A DNA stretch of 46,048 nucleotides from Ignavibacteriales bacterium (GCA_031406095.1 JANOGR010000225.1:1-46048), one strand, 5' to 3'. Counted from the stretch's first letter, positions 26,967 through 37,578 are shown. The notes: a model not told the origin generated them from the sequence alone. Translations and numbers: made by a program.

Positions 26967-29351
26967 TCAGTTGCGCCACTGAACTCTCTCCCATTCTCTT
27001 CCATTCGACTGAAATACGATGGCTCCTTCCTCATCCGTCCGGGCGACGTCAATCCCGTCCTGCTTCATTCTCCCGAGAACTTCAGGAGAGGGATGCCTGA
27101 ACTTGTTATTCAGTCCGACGGAAACCAGGGCTGCGCGGGGCCTCACGGTGCGAAGAAACAGGTCGGAAGAGCTTGTGTTGCTCCCATGGTGGCCGGCCTT
27201 CACGACCTGACTTCGAAGAAAACTTCCGTATCGTTTTGCAACTTTCGTTTCCGCTTCCGTTTCAGCGTCGCCGGTAAAAAGCATCGAGGTGTTTCCGTAT
27301 TCCAATTTGAAGACAACGGAACTGTTGTTTTCATTAGATGCAACATTTTCGCTTCCGATCGGGTGGACAACATAGATCCTGACGTCCTCATCCATTGTCA
27401 GAACCTTTCCCATTCCGGTTTGAAAGCGGATGGTCCCTCTTTCAGATGCGACTTTCATGTAGTTGAAATACACGCCTGTGTCCGGAGGCGCCAGGCCTTC
27501 AATGATCTGGCCGACGTCCACATTCAGAAACACGGACTGCAGTCCTCCAAAATGATCCATGTGCGGATGCGAAATGAGAACCGCGTCCAGGGACGTTAAG
27601 CCGCTGCGCTTCAAGAAGCGGGTGACGATTTTCTCTCCAGCATCATAATGCCAGATTTTCGGTCCCGCATCCACAAGGAGAGTTTTGCCATTAGGAAATT
27701 CCACGAAAATCGCGTCACCCTGACCAACGTCCAACATGGTTACGGTAAGCTTGGGAAACGCCCTAGCCGTGATCTTGTCAAAAGTCAGCACATTTGCCAA
27801 TATCAAGAATGCGATCGCCATTTTTTTCACAAACGACGGGTTCGAGATATTGAAGACGACGAGCACGCCAATGTAATAGAGGGAAGCGGTCGAAAGAGAC
27901 ACGTGATTCGTTTCCACGTAGGCAAACGGCACTTGAGACGCGACCTTAACAAAACCAAGGAGGAACGAAACGAATACAGTGTTCAAGGCTGCGTAGCTTG
28001 ATGCAACAAAATCGCTCACGAATGAAAACGACATCGTCGCAATACCGAGCAGCGTATTGAGTCCGGAAAGAGGAACAACGATCAGATTCGCAAGTATGGA
28101 AACCACGGACACCCGGCCGAAGTAATACGCTGTGAAAGGCAACGTCCCTATTTGGGCAGCAAGAGAGACTGCGAAAAGCTTGAGCACATAGTCTATCCCT
28201 TTGATTTCTTCAAGCCAATCGGGAATGCGTTTGATAAAAGCTGCAAACAACGGGTAGAAATAGACAATTGACAGGACTGCCGCGAATGACAGCTGAAAAC
28301 CGACATCGAACAAATAGTTGGAATCCCAGAGGAGCAATATGCCGGCAGCGACCGCCAGAGAATTGTACACATCGGTCTTACGTTCGAGCGCCATACCGAC
28401 GAGAATTACCACTGCCATAATTGTGGCTCGAATCACCGAGGGGCTCAACCCCGTAATGATCATGTAACCAAACAACGCTGCGATCACCGCAAGCGTTGTC
28501 GCCGTCTTCGGAAACCGAAAGAGACCGAGGATAGAGTAAAAAGCCAAAGCCACGACCGCCACGTTCGAGCCTGAAACGGCAAGAATGTGAATTGTCCCCG
28601 TGTCCATAAAGGACTGCTTCATCTCCAATGAAATATCTTCCCGATGGCCGAGCACTACTCCTTTGATGAAACTCGAATGTTCTCTTTCGTGATGCCGGTC
28701 GAGCGCTCCATACAGCGCTTTTTGCAAGCGGCCAACCAGGCCATGAAACGTGGAAGCGCCGGACTCATTGACTTTCAAAGAATCGGAATCTTTCAGAATC
28801 ACGACTCCATGGATATTGTTGAGCCGAAGGTAACGGCCGTAATCGAATTCACCCGGATTCCGGGTCATGGGCATTCGCTGGAGAGCCCCCTGCAATCTCA
28901 CCGAAGCGCCCGGCACAACTCCCTCAAGGGATTTCAAGTATTTCCGGGCTATAACAAGATACCTTCGGTCTGTTTCAGAGGTCACTCCCTGCCGGACAAG
29001 TTTTTCCGAACTCAAAGTAAAGCGATAGGCATTCTCCTGCCTCACCAGATCCCCATCCACAGACCCTTCGATGACAATTGGCTCCTCAAGCCCGGCGGCT
29101 TCAACAATTCTCGCATGTGACCGATCTTGATGATACGACTGAAGGAGGAAACCCAGAGAAACGACGCACAGGTGAAGGCCTGCATTGGCGAGGAAAGGCC
29201 GTTTCAGCATGATGCCAGCCAGCGAAGCCGCCAAAAAAACCATACAAACCAAGAGTGCCGATGATTCGCCGAGAGATATTTCACGGGCGAGGAGGATTCC
29301 CGCGACCAGCAGTAAAATGAACCGAAGCGCAGGCCTGCTTTTGAACATCAT
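26967..29351 (-). CDS. comEC: DNA internalization competence protein ComEC/Rec2
   Basis: NPGEFDY, HILAVSG, SPSVIRA and GFQLSF competence-domain motifs, plus a metallo-beta-lactamase domain (DVGQGD, SHPHMDH, GHHGS). ATG at 29351 overlaps the upstream stop. Confidence 0.93.
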   Translation of the reverse strand: MMFKSRPALRFILLLVAGILLAREISLGESSALLVCMVFLAASLAGIMLKRPFLANAGLHLCVVSLGFLLQSYHQDRSHARIVEAAGLEEPIVIEGSVDGDLVRQENAYRFTLSSEKLVRQGVTSETDRRYLVIARKYLKSLEGVVPGASVRLQGALQRMPMTRNPGEFDYGRYLRLNNIHGVVILKDSDSLKVNESGASTFHGLVGRLQKALYGALDRHHEREHSSFIKGVVLGHREDISLEMKQSFMDTGTIHILAVSGSNVAVVALAFYSILGLFRFPKTATTLAVIAALFGYMIITGLSPSVIRATIMAVVILVGMALERKTDVYNSLAVAAGILLLWDSNYLFDVGFQLSFAAVLSIVYFYPLFAAFIKRIPDWLEEIKGIDYVLKLFAVSLAAQIGTLPFTAYYFGRVSVVSILANLIVVPLSGLNTLLGIATMSFSFVSDFVASSYAALNTVFVSFLLGFVKVASQVPFAYVETNHVSLSTASLYYIGVLVVFNISNPSFVKKMAIAFLILANVLTFDKITARAFPKLTVTMLDVGQGDAIFVEFPNGKTLLVDAGPKIWHYDAGEKIVTRFLKRSGLTSLDAVLISHPHMDHFGGLQSVFLNVDVGQIIEGLAPPDTGVYFNYMKVASERGTIRFQTGMGKVLTMDEDVRIYVVHPIGSENVASNENNSSVVFKLEYGNTSMLFTGDAETEAETKVAKRYGSFLRSQVVKAGHHGSNTSSSDLFLRTVRPRAALVSVGLNNKFRHPSPEVLGRMKQDGIDVARTDEEGAIVFQSNGREWERVQWRN

Positions 29352-30259
29352 GATTGACGGAACAAAGAGAGAATTCCCGGGGTGATGTGAGTCAGGTTTC
29401 TTACGGACGACAGGAATTCTTGATGCCGTTCGCCCACTACAATACACGGGACCTGATTTCGCGTGTGCGATTTTGTTGAGAGGTCTTCGATGTTCCCATG
29501 GTCGCTGATCAGGATCAAAAGAGAGCGCTTCGAGTCGAAGTCCTCCAAAAACCCACCGAGGAATTCATCAAATTTGTGAAGCGTCTCCACTGCAAAATCC
29601 ATCTTCTGGCTATGTCCTGCGTGGTCTGTGAGCCAGTACTCAAAAAGTGTAAAATCATGCTGCGAGGCAATAGTCCAGAGGTGCTTTCCTGCCACAGCGG
29701 CAGAGATGGGCGGGATGTCGGAGCATCCGAGCTCCGGCCAGCGCTCTCGTGTCAGCTCAGCGGACACGGCGCCATTTCTTCGGAGGTCATCGGCCGTGAA
29801 AAGCGGGACTCCAGCCATCTTGCACGACAATGTCGTCACCGTAAGCCGGCGAGTCCCTGAATTGGTATAGTCAAAGAAGCGTTGCGGAAACGCGTTCGCG
29901 AACACGACAGATTTCCCCAGTTGCATGATTTGTCGGAAGATGTTTTGACTCTTGATGACTTCCCGAAGAGCCGTAGGAGGAAACGGGCCAAAGTGTTTTC
30001 CAAATCGTTTTGCAGCGTTGACACCGGTAAAAATTGCGGTCTGGCCTGTGCCGCTTTGGGGAAGGCCCGGTACTCCCAATGTTGCGTTCACGGGTTTGCA
30101 CTCGGCCTGCGTCGTCGAAATACTTCTTTGCCGCAGGTGAGGGATCCGACCTCCCAGAAGATTCTTCAGGGTCGGCAGCGGGGCTTGAAAGAAAGGGTTT
30201 GTTGCAGGGTCATTCCTGCCGATTCCCACTCCGTCCAGGAAAATAAGAATGACACGCAA
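29348..30259 (-). CDS. Alkaline-phosphatase-superfamily metalloenzyme (phosphoglycerate mutase-like)
   Basis: IFLDGVG, LPQSGTGQT, TDHAGH, SDHGN and HTRN metal-binding motifs. Confidence 0.82.
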   Translation of the reverse strand: MRVILIFLDGVGIGRNDPATNPFFQAPLPTLKNLLGGRIPHLRQRSISTTQAECKPVNATLGVPGLPQSGTGQTAIFTGVNAAKRFGKHFGPFPPTALREVIKSQNIFRQIMQLGKSVVFANAFPQRFFDYTNSGTRRLTVTTLSCKMAGVPLFTADDLRRNGAVSAELTRERWPELGCSDIPPISAAVAGKHLWTIASQHDFTLFEYWLTDHAGHSQKMDFAVETLHKFDEFLGGFLEDFDSKRSLLILISDHGNIEDLSTKSHTRNQVPCIVVGERHQEFLSSVRNLTHITPGILSLFRQS

Positions 30260-30292
30260 AGAAGGAAACTTCTCGTTCAGTGAAGGTTTTTT

Positions 30293-30757
30293 TCAGTGGA
30301 CAGGTACATCAGGCTTGCTCTCCAGCATCACAGTCACTGGGCCGTCATTCACCAGCTCAACATCCATCATCGCTCCAAACACGCCTGTTTCCACCTTGCC
30401 GACTCCCATCTGTTCGGTGAGGTTTCGAGTGAAACTCTCGTACAAAGCTCTGGCGAGTTCCTGCGGAGCCGCCTCAATGTAGCTGGGCCGGTTGCCCTTT
30501 TTCGTATCGCCATAGAGGGTAAACTGAGATACCACCATGGCGGATCCGCCGCCCTCCCGGACTGAAAGGTTCATTTTTTTCTCGTCATCGTGGAAAATTC
30601 TCAGGGCAGCGCAGCGTTCGGCCAGGTATACTGCGTCGCGCTCCGAGTCATTGCGGCCGACCCCGAGTAAAATGAGCATTCCCGGACCGATGAAACTGTG
30701 CACTTTGTTGTCGATGCTCACTGAACAACGCCGAACCCGCTGGACTAAAGTACGCAC
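30293..30757 (-). CDS. dtd: D-aminoacyl-tRNA deacylase
   Basis: VQRV, LRIF, VSQFTL, KGNRPSY, FGAMM and NDGPVT motifs. GTG start at 30757. Confidence 0.95.
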   Translation of the reverse strand: MRTLVQRVRRCSVSIDNKVHSFIGPGMLILLGVGRNDSERDAVYLAERCAALRIFHDDEKKMNLSVREGGGSAMVVSQFTLYGDTKKGNRPSYIEAAPQELARALYESFTRNLTEQMGVGKVETGVFGAMMDVELVNDGPVTVMLESKPDVPVH

Positions 30758-30770
30758 GCGATCCAGGAAA

Positions 30771-31688
30771 CTAATTTGATACCACAGGATTCCTGGATTT
30801 CGCTCTGCATAGGCCATTCACAACACGGTTTGTTCCCTGGAGATCTTGCGTAACAGATACTCCAGAGAAATGACCGGCTTCCATGAGACGACGCACCTCG
30901 GGAGCCTGACCGAAACCCACTTCTACATACACACCGCCTTCGTCCACCAGAAGGTAGGGAGCCAACTCCACGAGACGCCGGTAGAATTCAAAGCCATCCT
31001 TCGAATCTGCCGTCGCATTTCTGGGCTCGTAATCCCGAACCTCAGGCCGCAAGCCCTCCCATTCATCAGGGGGGACATACGGCGGATTGCTCACGAGAAC
31101 GTCAAACCGCCGCAACAAAAGCTGATCTACTGGCTCATTGACGTCAATCTCTCGAAGTGTTACTCTCGAAGCGACTCCGTGAGCTGTGATGTTTATTTCG
31201 GCTACCTCCAGGGCAGCGCTGCTGTTATCGATGGTTGTAATCAAAGCATTCTTGATGTACTTGGCCAGGGCAATCGCGATATTTCCGCTCCCTGTTCCAA
31301 TTTCTATGATGTTAATTTTGCTCCCTTCATCAAGCTCATGACATCCGAAGACAACCTGCTCCACAAGGCTCTCTGTTTCAGGCCTCGGGATGAGCACACG
31401 GGAATCGACCTTGAGCTCGAGCCCCATGAAATTCGTCGAACCGATGATGTATTGAACAGGCTCATGCTTTAAGCGTCTGTCCAACAGCATGCGGAACTCA
31501 TCCACCTCACGCTTGGTCAGCGGCTTGTCGAAGCCGGTATAAAGGTGAATTCTCTTACAGCTGAGCGAATGGGAGAGCAAAAGCTCAACATTGAGTCTCG
31601 CCTCATCAAAACCTTTTTTCTGCAATTGATCGATCGCGGAAGTCATAAGCTCGCGGACCTTCCACGGGGAGAGCTGTTCGCTCGGCAT
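30771..31688 (-). CDS. prmC: Release factor glutamine methyltransferase (HemK)
   Basis: EPVQYIIG, VLIPRPETE, EIGTGSGNIA and VSNPPY motifs. Confidence 0.95.
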   Translation of the reverse strand: MPSEQLSPWKVRELMTSAIDQLQKKGFDEARLNVELLLSHSLSCKRIHLYTGFDKPLTKREVDEFRMLLDRRLKHEPVQYIIGSTNFMGLELKVDSRVLIPRPETESLVEQVVFGCHELDEGSKINIIEIGTGSGNIAIALAKYIKNALITTIDNSSAALEVAEINITAHGVASRVTLREIDVNEPVDQLLLRRFDVLVSNPPYVPPDEWEGLRPEVRDYEPRNATADSKDGFEFYRRLVELAPYLLVDEGGVYVEVGFGQAPEVRRLMEAGHFSGVSVTQDLQGTNRVVNGLCRAKSRNPVVSN

Positions 31689-31694
31689 GGGACG

Positions 31695-32180
31695 CTAACG
31701 GGTTTTTTTCAGGGAACGCCGGAGAATCCGGTTTCCACGGGTCGTGCGAGGATGTGCTTTTCTCTTAGAGAGTTTTGGAGAAGGCGCGTGAGTTTTTGCG
31801 TCGGGCCCACTCCTGGGTAGGGTCTTTGTTGGAATGAAACTCTCAATCATCATGTCTTCTTCGAGGTCCATCGGAAGTTGAACACGTTTCAATTTGACAC
31901 GATCTTCCCCAAAAAAGCCCAGTTTTTCCAGCTCCAATTCATCCAGGTCTTCTGTGTCTGGAAGGAATTCTGCCTGCTCGGAGATACTCTGAGCTGAGGG
32001 AAGAAACTCGAAGCGGCTGTCCGCCTCAAGCATTGTGGAAAAATCGGCAACCGTCGGTATGTCAAAACCCTGGCTGCGTGATTGCTCTATCACTTCCTGC
32101 CAAACTGTTCTGACGGGAACCACGACTTCTTTGTGGGCGGCGACGATTCGCTCTGCTTCAGAAAGGCAACGTTCGTACAT
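31695..32180 (-). CDS. Hypothetical protein (acidic core, basic C-terminal tail)
   Basis: ORF fills the gap between the MFS gene and prmC. Probable ATG at 32180. No family recognised. Confidence 0.6.
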   Translation of the reverse strand: MYERCLSEAERIVAAHKEVVVPVRTVWQEVIEQSRSQGFDIPTVADFSTMLEADSRFEFLPSAQSISEQAEFLPDTEDLDELELEKLGFFGEDRVKLKRVQLPMDLEEDMMIESFIPTKTLPRSGPDAKTHAPSPKLSKRKAHPRTTRGNRILRRSLKKTR

Positions 32181-32223
32181 GGTGAGTGCTGTGCAAGATT
32201 CGTTGGACGTGAAAAATGTAAAA

Positions 32224-33471
32224 CTATTTGGAGGAAAGCGCAAGTTTGGAGCGACGCGGGTCGGGTGTCAAAACGAGAACAATAATTCCTATCACCCCAA
32301 ACACCAACCCTCCTCCGAAGACCACCTCGTAGCCGAATTCATCAGCAACCCAGCCGCCCAGGAAACTGAAGCAGTACCACGGAGCCAGCCAGGCATTCAT
32401 GAGACCGATATACATCGGGCGGTCGTTCTCGGGCGCACAATCTACGGCAAAGTTATACCGCGTAATAAGTTCGAGGCTCAGGTTCACACCAACCATGAAG
32501 AATACGACGAAGTAGTACCACACGTTGTTGCTAGCAAGCGCGACTATTGAAGCCCCGCAGGTCGCTCCTGCACAAACAAGGAGAGTAAACCGATGCCCGT
32601 AACGGTCCGCAAGATAGCCGAGCGCAACACCGCTGAAAATCTGAGTGAAGACGATCGTTGACGTAAACCAACCGACGTACGATTCCCCCAGCGAATACCT
32701 GGTCATAGCAGCAATCAGGAAAAAACCAAACGGCATTAACCCGATGGTGAGCAAAGCCGCAGAAATCAGGAACCGGCGAAAAACAGCGTCGTTCTCCAGG
32801 ATTGCTTTAATCCTCTCGTATAACTTCGATAACGGCATGGCTTCTCGTACAGGCGACGGTTCGACTTCCTCAACCCTATTGAGAATAACAAGAGAAAGGC
32901 TTTGGAGGATAAACATAAGAAGAATGATTGCGGCGTAATTGAGCGGAAAGACCACCGTGCCGATGACATACGTGAGGACCGCGCTGTTGACTAACCCGAG
33001 GATCGATCCCGACGCCGTGCGCAGGCCCATAAGCTTCCCACGGTCGGAGTCCGTCGTGGTTTTAACGACCAAATCAAACCACGCGGGAGCTGAGATGGCA
33101 GCTGCGACTTGACTGAGCGAGAAAAGGACAAACAAACCGAACAAAGCGAGAGTTTGCATGGAGGCGCCAAACATACCAATGACGACGCCAAGAAAAAGAA
33201 CCAACATGCGCTGAACCATCCCCCACCGCACGACGAAAGGCTTCCTGAATGGCATGGTGGTTGCATAGTGCGCAGCAAAAACCTGCGGAAGAAAATAAAC
33301 AAGGTAGACCATGACCGGAAATGCTCCAACGGCGAGGGAGCCTCCCCCCAGATTCCTGATCAGGGCTGGGAAAAAAACAGGAGCATACAGTATGGGGTTC
33401 GTACTGAGGTACAGAGCTCCCTCAAGAAGGTTGTATCGGAAGTTCTTTTTGAGAATGGCGTTCGTATCCAT
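32224..33471 (-). CDS. MFS transporter
   Basis: About 12 hydrophobic segments, a GYLADRYGHR motif-A-like loop and GGWVADEFG. Confidence 0.87.
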   Translation of the reverse strand: MDTNAILKKNFRYNLLEGALYLSTNPILYAPVFFPALIRNLGGGSLAVGAFPVMVYLVYFLPQVFAAHYATTMPFRKPFVVRWGMVQRMLVLFLGVVIGMFGASMQTLALFGLFVLFSLSQVAAAISAPAWFDLVVKTTTDSDRGKLMGLRTASGSILGLVNSAVLTYVIGTVVFPLNYAAIILLMFILQSLSLVILNRVEEVEPSPVREAMPLSKLYERIKAILENDAVFRRFLISAALLTIGLMPFGFFLIAAMTRYSLGESYVGWFTSTIVFTQIFSGVALGYLADRYGHRFTLLVCAGATCGASIVALASNNVWYYFVVFFMVGVNLSLELITRYNFAVDCAPENDRPMYIGLMNAWLAPWYCFSFLGGWVADEFGYEVVFGGGLVFGVIGIIVLVLTPDPRRSKLALSSK

Positions 33472-33541
33472 GGAGTGGCTCAGGAACAAAAAAAGGTCAC
33501 CAGTGGCGACCTTTCTTGTATACGAAAGAACTTGAGCATTG

Positions 33542-33949
33542 CTATTTTTTCTTCATTTTGTCTGCGAACAGCTGAGCGACGTTTTCAATGTCATAGCCCA
33601 CCTTGGGCAGGTACACCCCGCCGTACTTCTCGACCATGGCTTTGAGAGTGTCGTACGCGTCTGCGCTGCAGAAAAACACGGGTGTTGCCCTGTTCGGTCC
33701 CTCTTTTTTTGCCAACTGAAGGAGTGCAATGCCGGGCAAGTGTCCCTTGAGATTGGTGTCTTTGAAATCGTTATCGAGAATAATCAACTGAAACTGCTCG
33801 GCTTTGATTTTCTGCCAAGTCTCAACGCTTGTCGCCGTTTCAACGATGGCGATCTCGTCTTCCAGTATGGCGGTCGCAACTTCGAGGGCAAACCCGTGGG
33901 ACTTCCGTTGCCCTTCGTCGTCGTCGGCGACCAGAACCTTATATGGCAT
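33542..33949 (-). CDS. Single-domain response regulator (receiver)
   Basis: KVLVADDD, LIILD (phospho-acceptor), PGIALL, FFCSA and YLPK motifs, with no output domain. Confidence 0.85.
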   Translation of the reverse strand: MPYKVLVADDDEGQRKSHGFALEVATAILEDEIAIVETATSVETWQKIKAEQFQLIILDNDFKDTNLKGHLPGIALLQLAKKEGPNRATPVFFCSADAYDTLKAMVEKYGGVYLPKVGYDIENVAQLFADKMKKK

Positions 33950-34002
33950 CTCGATTGTGTTCCTTGAGCTAACTTCTACTCATTGCTACTCTTGGCGATG
34001 CA

Positions 34003-34031
34003 AAACTACGAAGAATTAAAAGTAAAAACAA
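34003..34031 (-). promoter_or_regulatory. Putative sigma70-type promoter for the receiver-domain gene
   Basis: Minus strand TTGTTT-17 nt-TAGTTT(TG) in an AT-rich gap. Confidence 0.5.
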
Positions 34032-34044
34032 GAAAACAGTATCT

Positions 34045-35802
34045 CTACCGTTGTCCGGCCTTTCGGTACACTGTCTCCCCTCCCACCACCGTCATCTCAA
34101 CACTGATCCCGGGCAAGTCCTTCGCTGGAACTTTCATCACATCGTCTGAGAAAACGACAAAATCCGCAAGTCGACCTTTTTCGAGTGAGCCTTTCAGCCC
34201 TTCCGCGAATTCGGCAAAGCCTGCCCATCGTGTGAAGCTCTTCACAGCTTCTTCCCGAGTCATTTTCTCATTTCCGTACCAGCCATCGTTGAACAACGTG
34301 GAGTCCGCAAGTCCATCCGGGGAGAGTTGGAACTGCGCTTTGACTTGCTCAGCCGACAACGGGCTGCCCTGTCGATCCCTTCGAGTGACGGCCGCGTAAA
34401 TTCCCAACAACGGGTTGGGGTCTTCCACGGGGAAATCCGACCCGCCTGGAATAACAACCCCGGTCTCCAGCAACGACCGCCATGCATATGCTCCACGAAC
34501 CCGACGCGCACCCAGACGCGCCTCGGCCCAGTACATGTCCGATGTGCAATGTGTAGGCTGCATACTGGGGAGAACACCAAGCTGTTTGAAGCGCGGGATG
34601 TCGCCTTGTTCAAGGACTTGAGCATGCTCGACACGCAACCGGTGATCAGGCACCGAATGACGCTTCAGTGCAGCCTCATACACGTTTAAGACAATATTGT
34701 TCCCGCGGTCGCCGATCGCATGAGTGCAAACCTGGAAACCATGCGTCAGCGCATCCTCCACTGCCTTTGTCAACTCTTCGTCGGAAGACATTGTCAACCC
34801 TCTGTTCCCGGGGTCGTCGCTATAGGGTTCGATGAGCGCCGCTCCCCTCGACCCTAAGGCACCGTCGATATAGAGCTTGAGAGCGCGAACGGTGAGCCTG
34901 TTGTCTCCGTATCCGAGAAGGGGACCTGACTTCAAAAACGCATCCCATGTTTCGCCAACGCCGCCTATGGCAGCGTAAATTCTGACCGGTAATTTTCGTT
35001 CGTCAATTGCCTTCTTATAGAGCTCAATCTCCCGCATCTCGACGCCCATGTCCTGGACAGAGGTAATTCCATAACTCAGGCATTCCTTGACAGCAAGGTC
35101 AAGAGCCTCTCTTGATTCCGCGTCGGAAAGTGGCGGCAGGTGTTTCGCTACCAGATCCATCGCCGCATCAATGAAAACGCCCGTTGCGTTTCCCGATGCG
35201 TCCCTCACTATTTTGCCGCCCGGAGGATCTTTCATTTCTTTCGCGATGCCGGCCATCTTCAATGCTTTTGCATTCACCCAACATGCATGGCCGTCGACGC
35301 GTGTCAAAAACACTGGGTTTTGGGGAGTTACTCCATCAAGCATGCGATGCGACGGGAATTTCCTGGATTTCCATAGATTCTGGTCCCATCCTCTTCCGCG
35401 AATCCACTGGTCTTTTTGAACCTTTGCAACACGGGCTTTGACTCTCTCCGCCACCTCCTGCTCGCTTGCAGCCCCGCCGAGGTCCACGGTCATGCGCGCT
35501 ACGCCAAGTGAAAGGAAATGAGCATGCGCGTCGATGAATCCGGGCAAAACTGACTTCCCTTGAAGGTCGATTGTGGTTTTTGCTGTGAACCTCCGCGTCA
35601 TCGAACCCGTCGACCCCACCCCGGCGATCTTACCATGGTCCACTGCGATGGCTTCGGCAACGCTGAGATTATCATCCATCGTATAAACCTTGCCGTTCAC
35701 AAAAATTGTTTCTACCTCAACGGGGAAAAAGAAATACCATGCGACCGCAATCAGCACAATTGATATACAAAAAATGAACAGTATTCGCACTTTCTTCGTC
35801 AT
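34045..35802 (-). CDS. YtcJ-like metal-dependent amidohydrolase with N-terminal membrane anchor/signal
   Basis: PGFIDAHAH, RVDGHA, DGALGSRGA, HAIGD, RVEHAQ, GSDFPVE and G.LADFVV motifs. Confidence 0.92.
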   Translation of the reverse strand: MTKKVRILFIFCISIVLIAVAWYFFFPVEVETIFVNGKVYTMDDNLSVAEAIAVDHGKIAGVGSTGSMTRRFTAKTTIDLQGKSVLPGFIDAHAHFLSLGVARMTVDLGGAASEQEVAERVKARVAKVQKDQWIRGRGWDQNLWKSRKFPSHRMLDGVTPQNPVFLTRVDGHACWVNAKALKMAGIAKEMKDPPGGKIVRDASGNATGVFIDAAMDLVAKHLPPLSDAESREALDLAVKECLSYGITSVQDMGVEMREIELYKKAIDERKLPVRIYAAIGGVGETWDAFLKSGPLLGYGDNRLTVRALKLYIDGALGSRGAALIEPYSDDPGNRGLTMSSDEELTKAVEDALTHGFQVCTHAIGDRGNNIVLNVYEAALKRHSVPDHRLRVEHAQVLEQGDIPRFKQLGVLPSMQPTHCTSDMYWAEARLGARRVRGAYAWRSLLETGVVIPGGSDFPVEDPNPLLGIYAAVTRRDRQGSPLSAEQVKAQFQLSPDGLADSTLFNDGWYGNEKMTREEAVKSFTRWAGFAEFAEGLKGSLEKGRLADFVVFSDDVMKVPAKDLPGISVEMTVVGGETVYRKAGQR

Positions 35803-35805
35803 AGC

Positions 35806-37578
35806 TCAGTTCACTAATTCCTTAAATCCCCTTTTCGATAAATTCCAGTAGATCACCCCACTGGCCGCCAAACCAACCAGGATAAAGATCAATCCTTCAG
35901 TATGCATTCCTAAGATGAGCTTTCCAACGCCAAAGAGCATCGAGTACACGAGAACGATCCCGGCAATCCAATTGAACAGGAGTCCGATGAACCCTGAATC
36001 GCCTTTCGTTTCAGGCACGAGATGTTCGATCGCCCGCCATCCAATTCCACCCGGATGGACGCGTCGATAGAATTTTATAAGGGTTTCAGTGTTTGTCGGC
36101 TTCGTCAGGAATGTCACTGTAAGCCACGCAATGGTGGTAGTAGGCACAAGATAAAAGAGTGTGTCGGGGAATTGAAGATTCCAGCCGTGATGGTGGTTGC
36201 CGAAAGTAATAATGGCGTAGACAATCATGGGCGTCACCATCGCCGTGATCTCGCTCCATGCATTGATTCGATGCCAGAACCACCTCAGGATAAGCACAAG
36301 TCCCAGGCCCGCTCCCGCCTCGATGATAAAACCCCAGGCGGCCGAGATTGTAGACAAGATCAGGGTAACACCGACTGACAAAGCCATTATGACAATAGTT
36401 GCTACGCGAGACACAAAAATAAGATTCTTCTCGTCTGCATTGGGCCTCATAAAGCGCTTGTAGAAATCATTGATAACGTAGGATGTTCCCCAGTTCAGCT
36501 GGGTTGAAATCGTCGACATGTAAGCGGCAAAAAACGAAGCCACCAGCATTCCCTTCAATCCCACAGGCAGGAAATCGCGCATGGCATAGACATAGCCAAG
36601 TCGTTTTTCATCGGGACCGAGTTCCGGATACAGTATGAGCGTGGCCAAACCGACGAGAATCCACGGCCAGGGACGCACACAATAATGTGCGATCGTAAAC
36701 CAAAGTGTTGCAAACAATGAATGTTTTTCATCTTTGGCAGACATCATGCGCTGGGCAATGTATCCTCCTCCGCCCGGCTCTGCACCCGGATACCACGCCG
36801 CCCACCACTGAATGCCGACGTAAGCCAAAAATGCGCTCACACTCAGTGCAAAAGCACCGCCGAGGCTTTGCGGCGAGGCTTCGCCAATCGTCGGGACAAA
36901 TTGCATGGTCCATGACGGCAGCTTGCTCGTGAGCCCTTCTATTCCTCCAATCTGTGGCAGGGAGAGCACGACAAACGCCAGCACGGTTGTTCCAAGCATG
37001 GCAAGAACGAACTGAAAAGCGTCGGTGACGGCAACTCCCCAGAGCCCGGACATGGCCGAATAGACCGCTGTTATGACAAGTGCAAGAGCGACATAGAACA
37101 TCACCTGGCCTTGCGGAATGTCAAACATTCCTTCGAGGATCGAACCCATCGCAAGGTTCACCCAGCCCATGATGATGCAATTGATGAAAACGCCAAGATA
37201 GATCGCACGGAAACCCCTCAGAAATGCAGCAGGTTTTCCGGAGTAACGGAGCTCTACGAATTCCACGTCCGTCATGATGCCGGCTCTTCTCCACAACCTC
37301 GCAAAAAAGAAGACGGTCAGCATGCCGCCAAACACGAAATTCCACCAGAGCCAGTTGCCGGCGATTCCATTTTTTGCCACAAGTTCCGTAACGGCCAGCG
37401 GAGTGTCGGCGGCAAACGTCGTCGCGACCATCGAAGTACCGGCAAGCCACCACGGTAAATTTCTGCCTGAAAGGAAAAACTCCTGTATGTTGCTTCCCGC
37501 CCTTTTTGTATAGTAGATTCCGATGGCGGCGCTGCCGATGAAATAGACTGCGATGATGACCCAATCAAGAGTATGCAT
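35806..37578 (-). CDS. Sodium:solute symporter (SSS) family protein
   Basis: FFLSGRNLPWW, SMVATTFAADT, GLWGVAVTD, YIAQRMMSAKDE and AAYMST motifs, with many TM helices. Confidence 0.93.
   Translation of the reverse strand: MHTLDWVIIAVYFIGSAAIGIYYTKRAGSNIQEFFLSGRNLPWWLAGTSMVATTFAADTPLAVTELVAKNGIAGNWLWWNFVFGGMLTVFFFARLWRRAGIMTDVEFVELRYSGKPAAFLRGFRAIYLGVFINCIIMGWVNLAMGSILEGMFDIPQGQVMFYVALALVITAVYSAMSGLWGVAVTDAFQFVLAMLGTTVLAFVVLSLPQIGGIEGLTSKLPSWTMQFVPTIGEASPQSLGGAFALSVSAFLAYVGIQWWAAWYPGAEPGGGGYIAQRMMSAKDEKHSLFATLWFTIAHYCVRPWPWILVGLATLILYPELGPDEKRLGYVYAMRDFLPVGLKGMLVASFFAAYMSTISTQLNWGTSYVINDFYKRFMRPNADEKNLIFVSRVATIVIMALSVGVTLILSTISAAWGFIIEAGAGLGLVLILRWFWHRINAWSEITAMVTPMIVYAIITFGNHHHGWNLQFPDTLFYLVPTTTIAWLTVTFLTKPTNTETLIKFYRRVHPGGIGWRAIEHLVPETKGDSGFIGLLFNWIAGIVLVYSMLFGVGKLILGMHTEGLIFILVGLAASGVIYWNLSKRGFKELVN

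Noticed and set aside
28560-28600. ComEC motif reads SGSNV rather than SGxHV
   Set aside because: Asn at this position is a variant I recall from other ComEC proteins, and the remaining domains are intact
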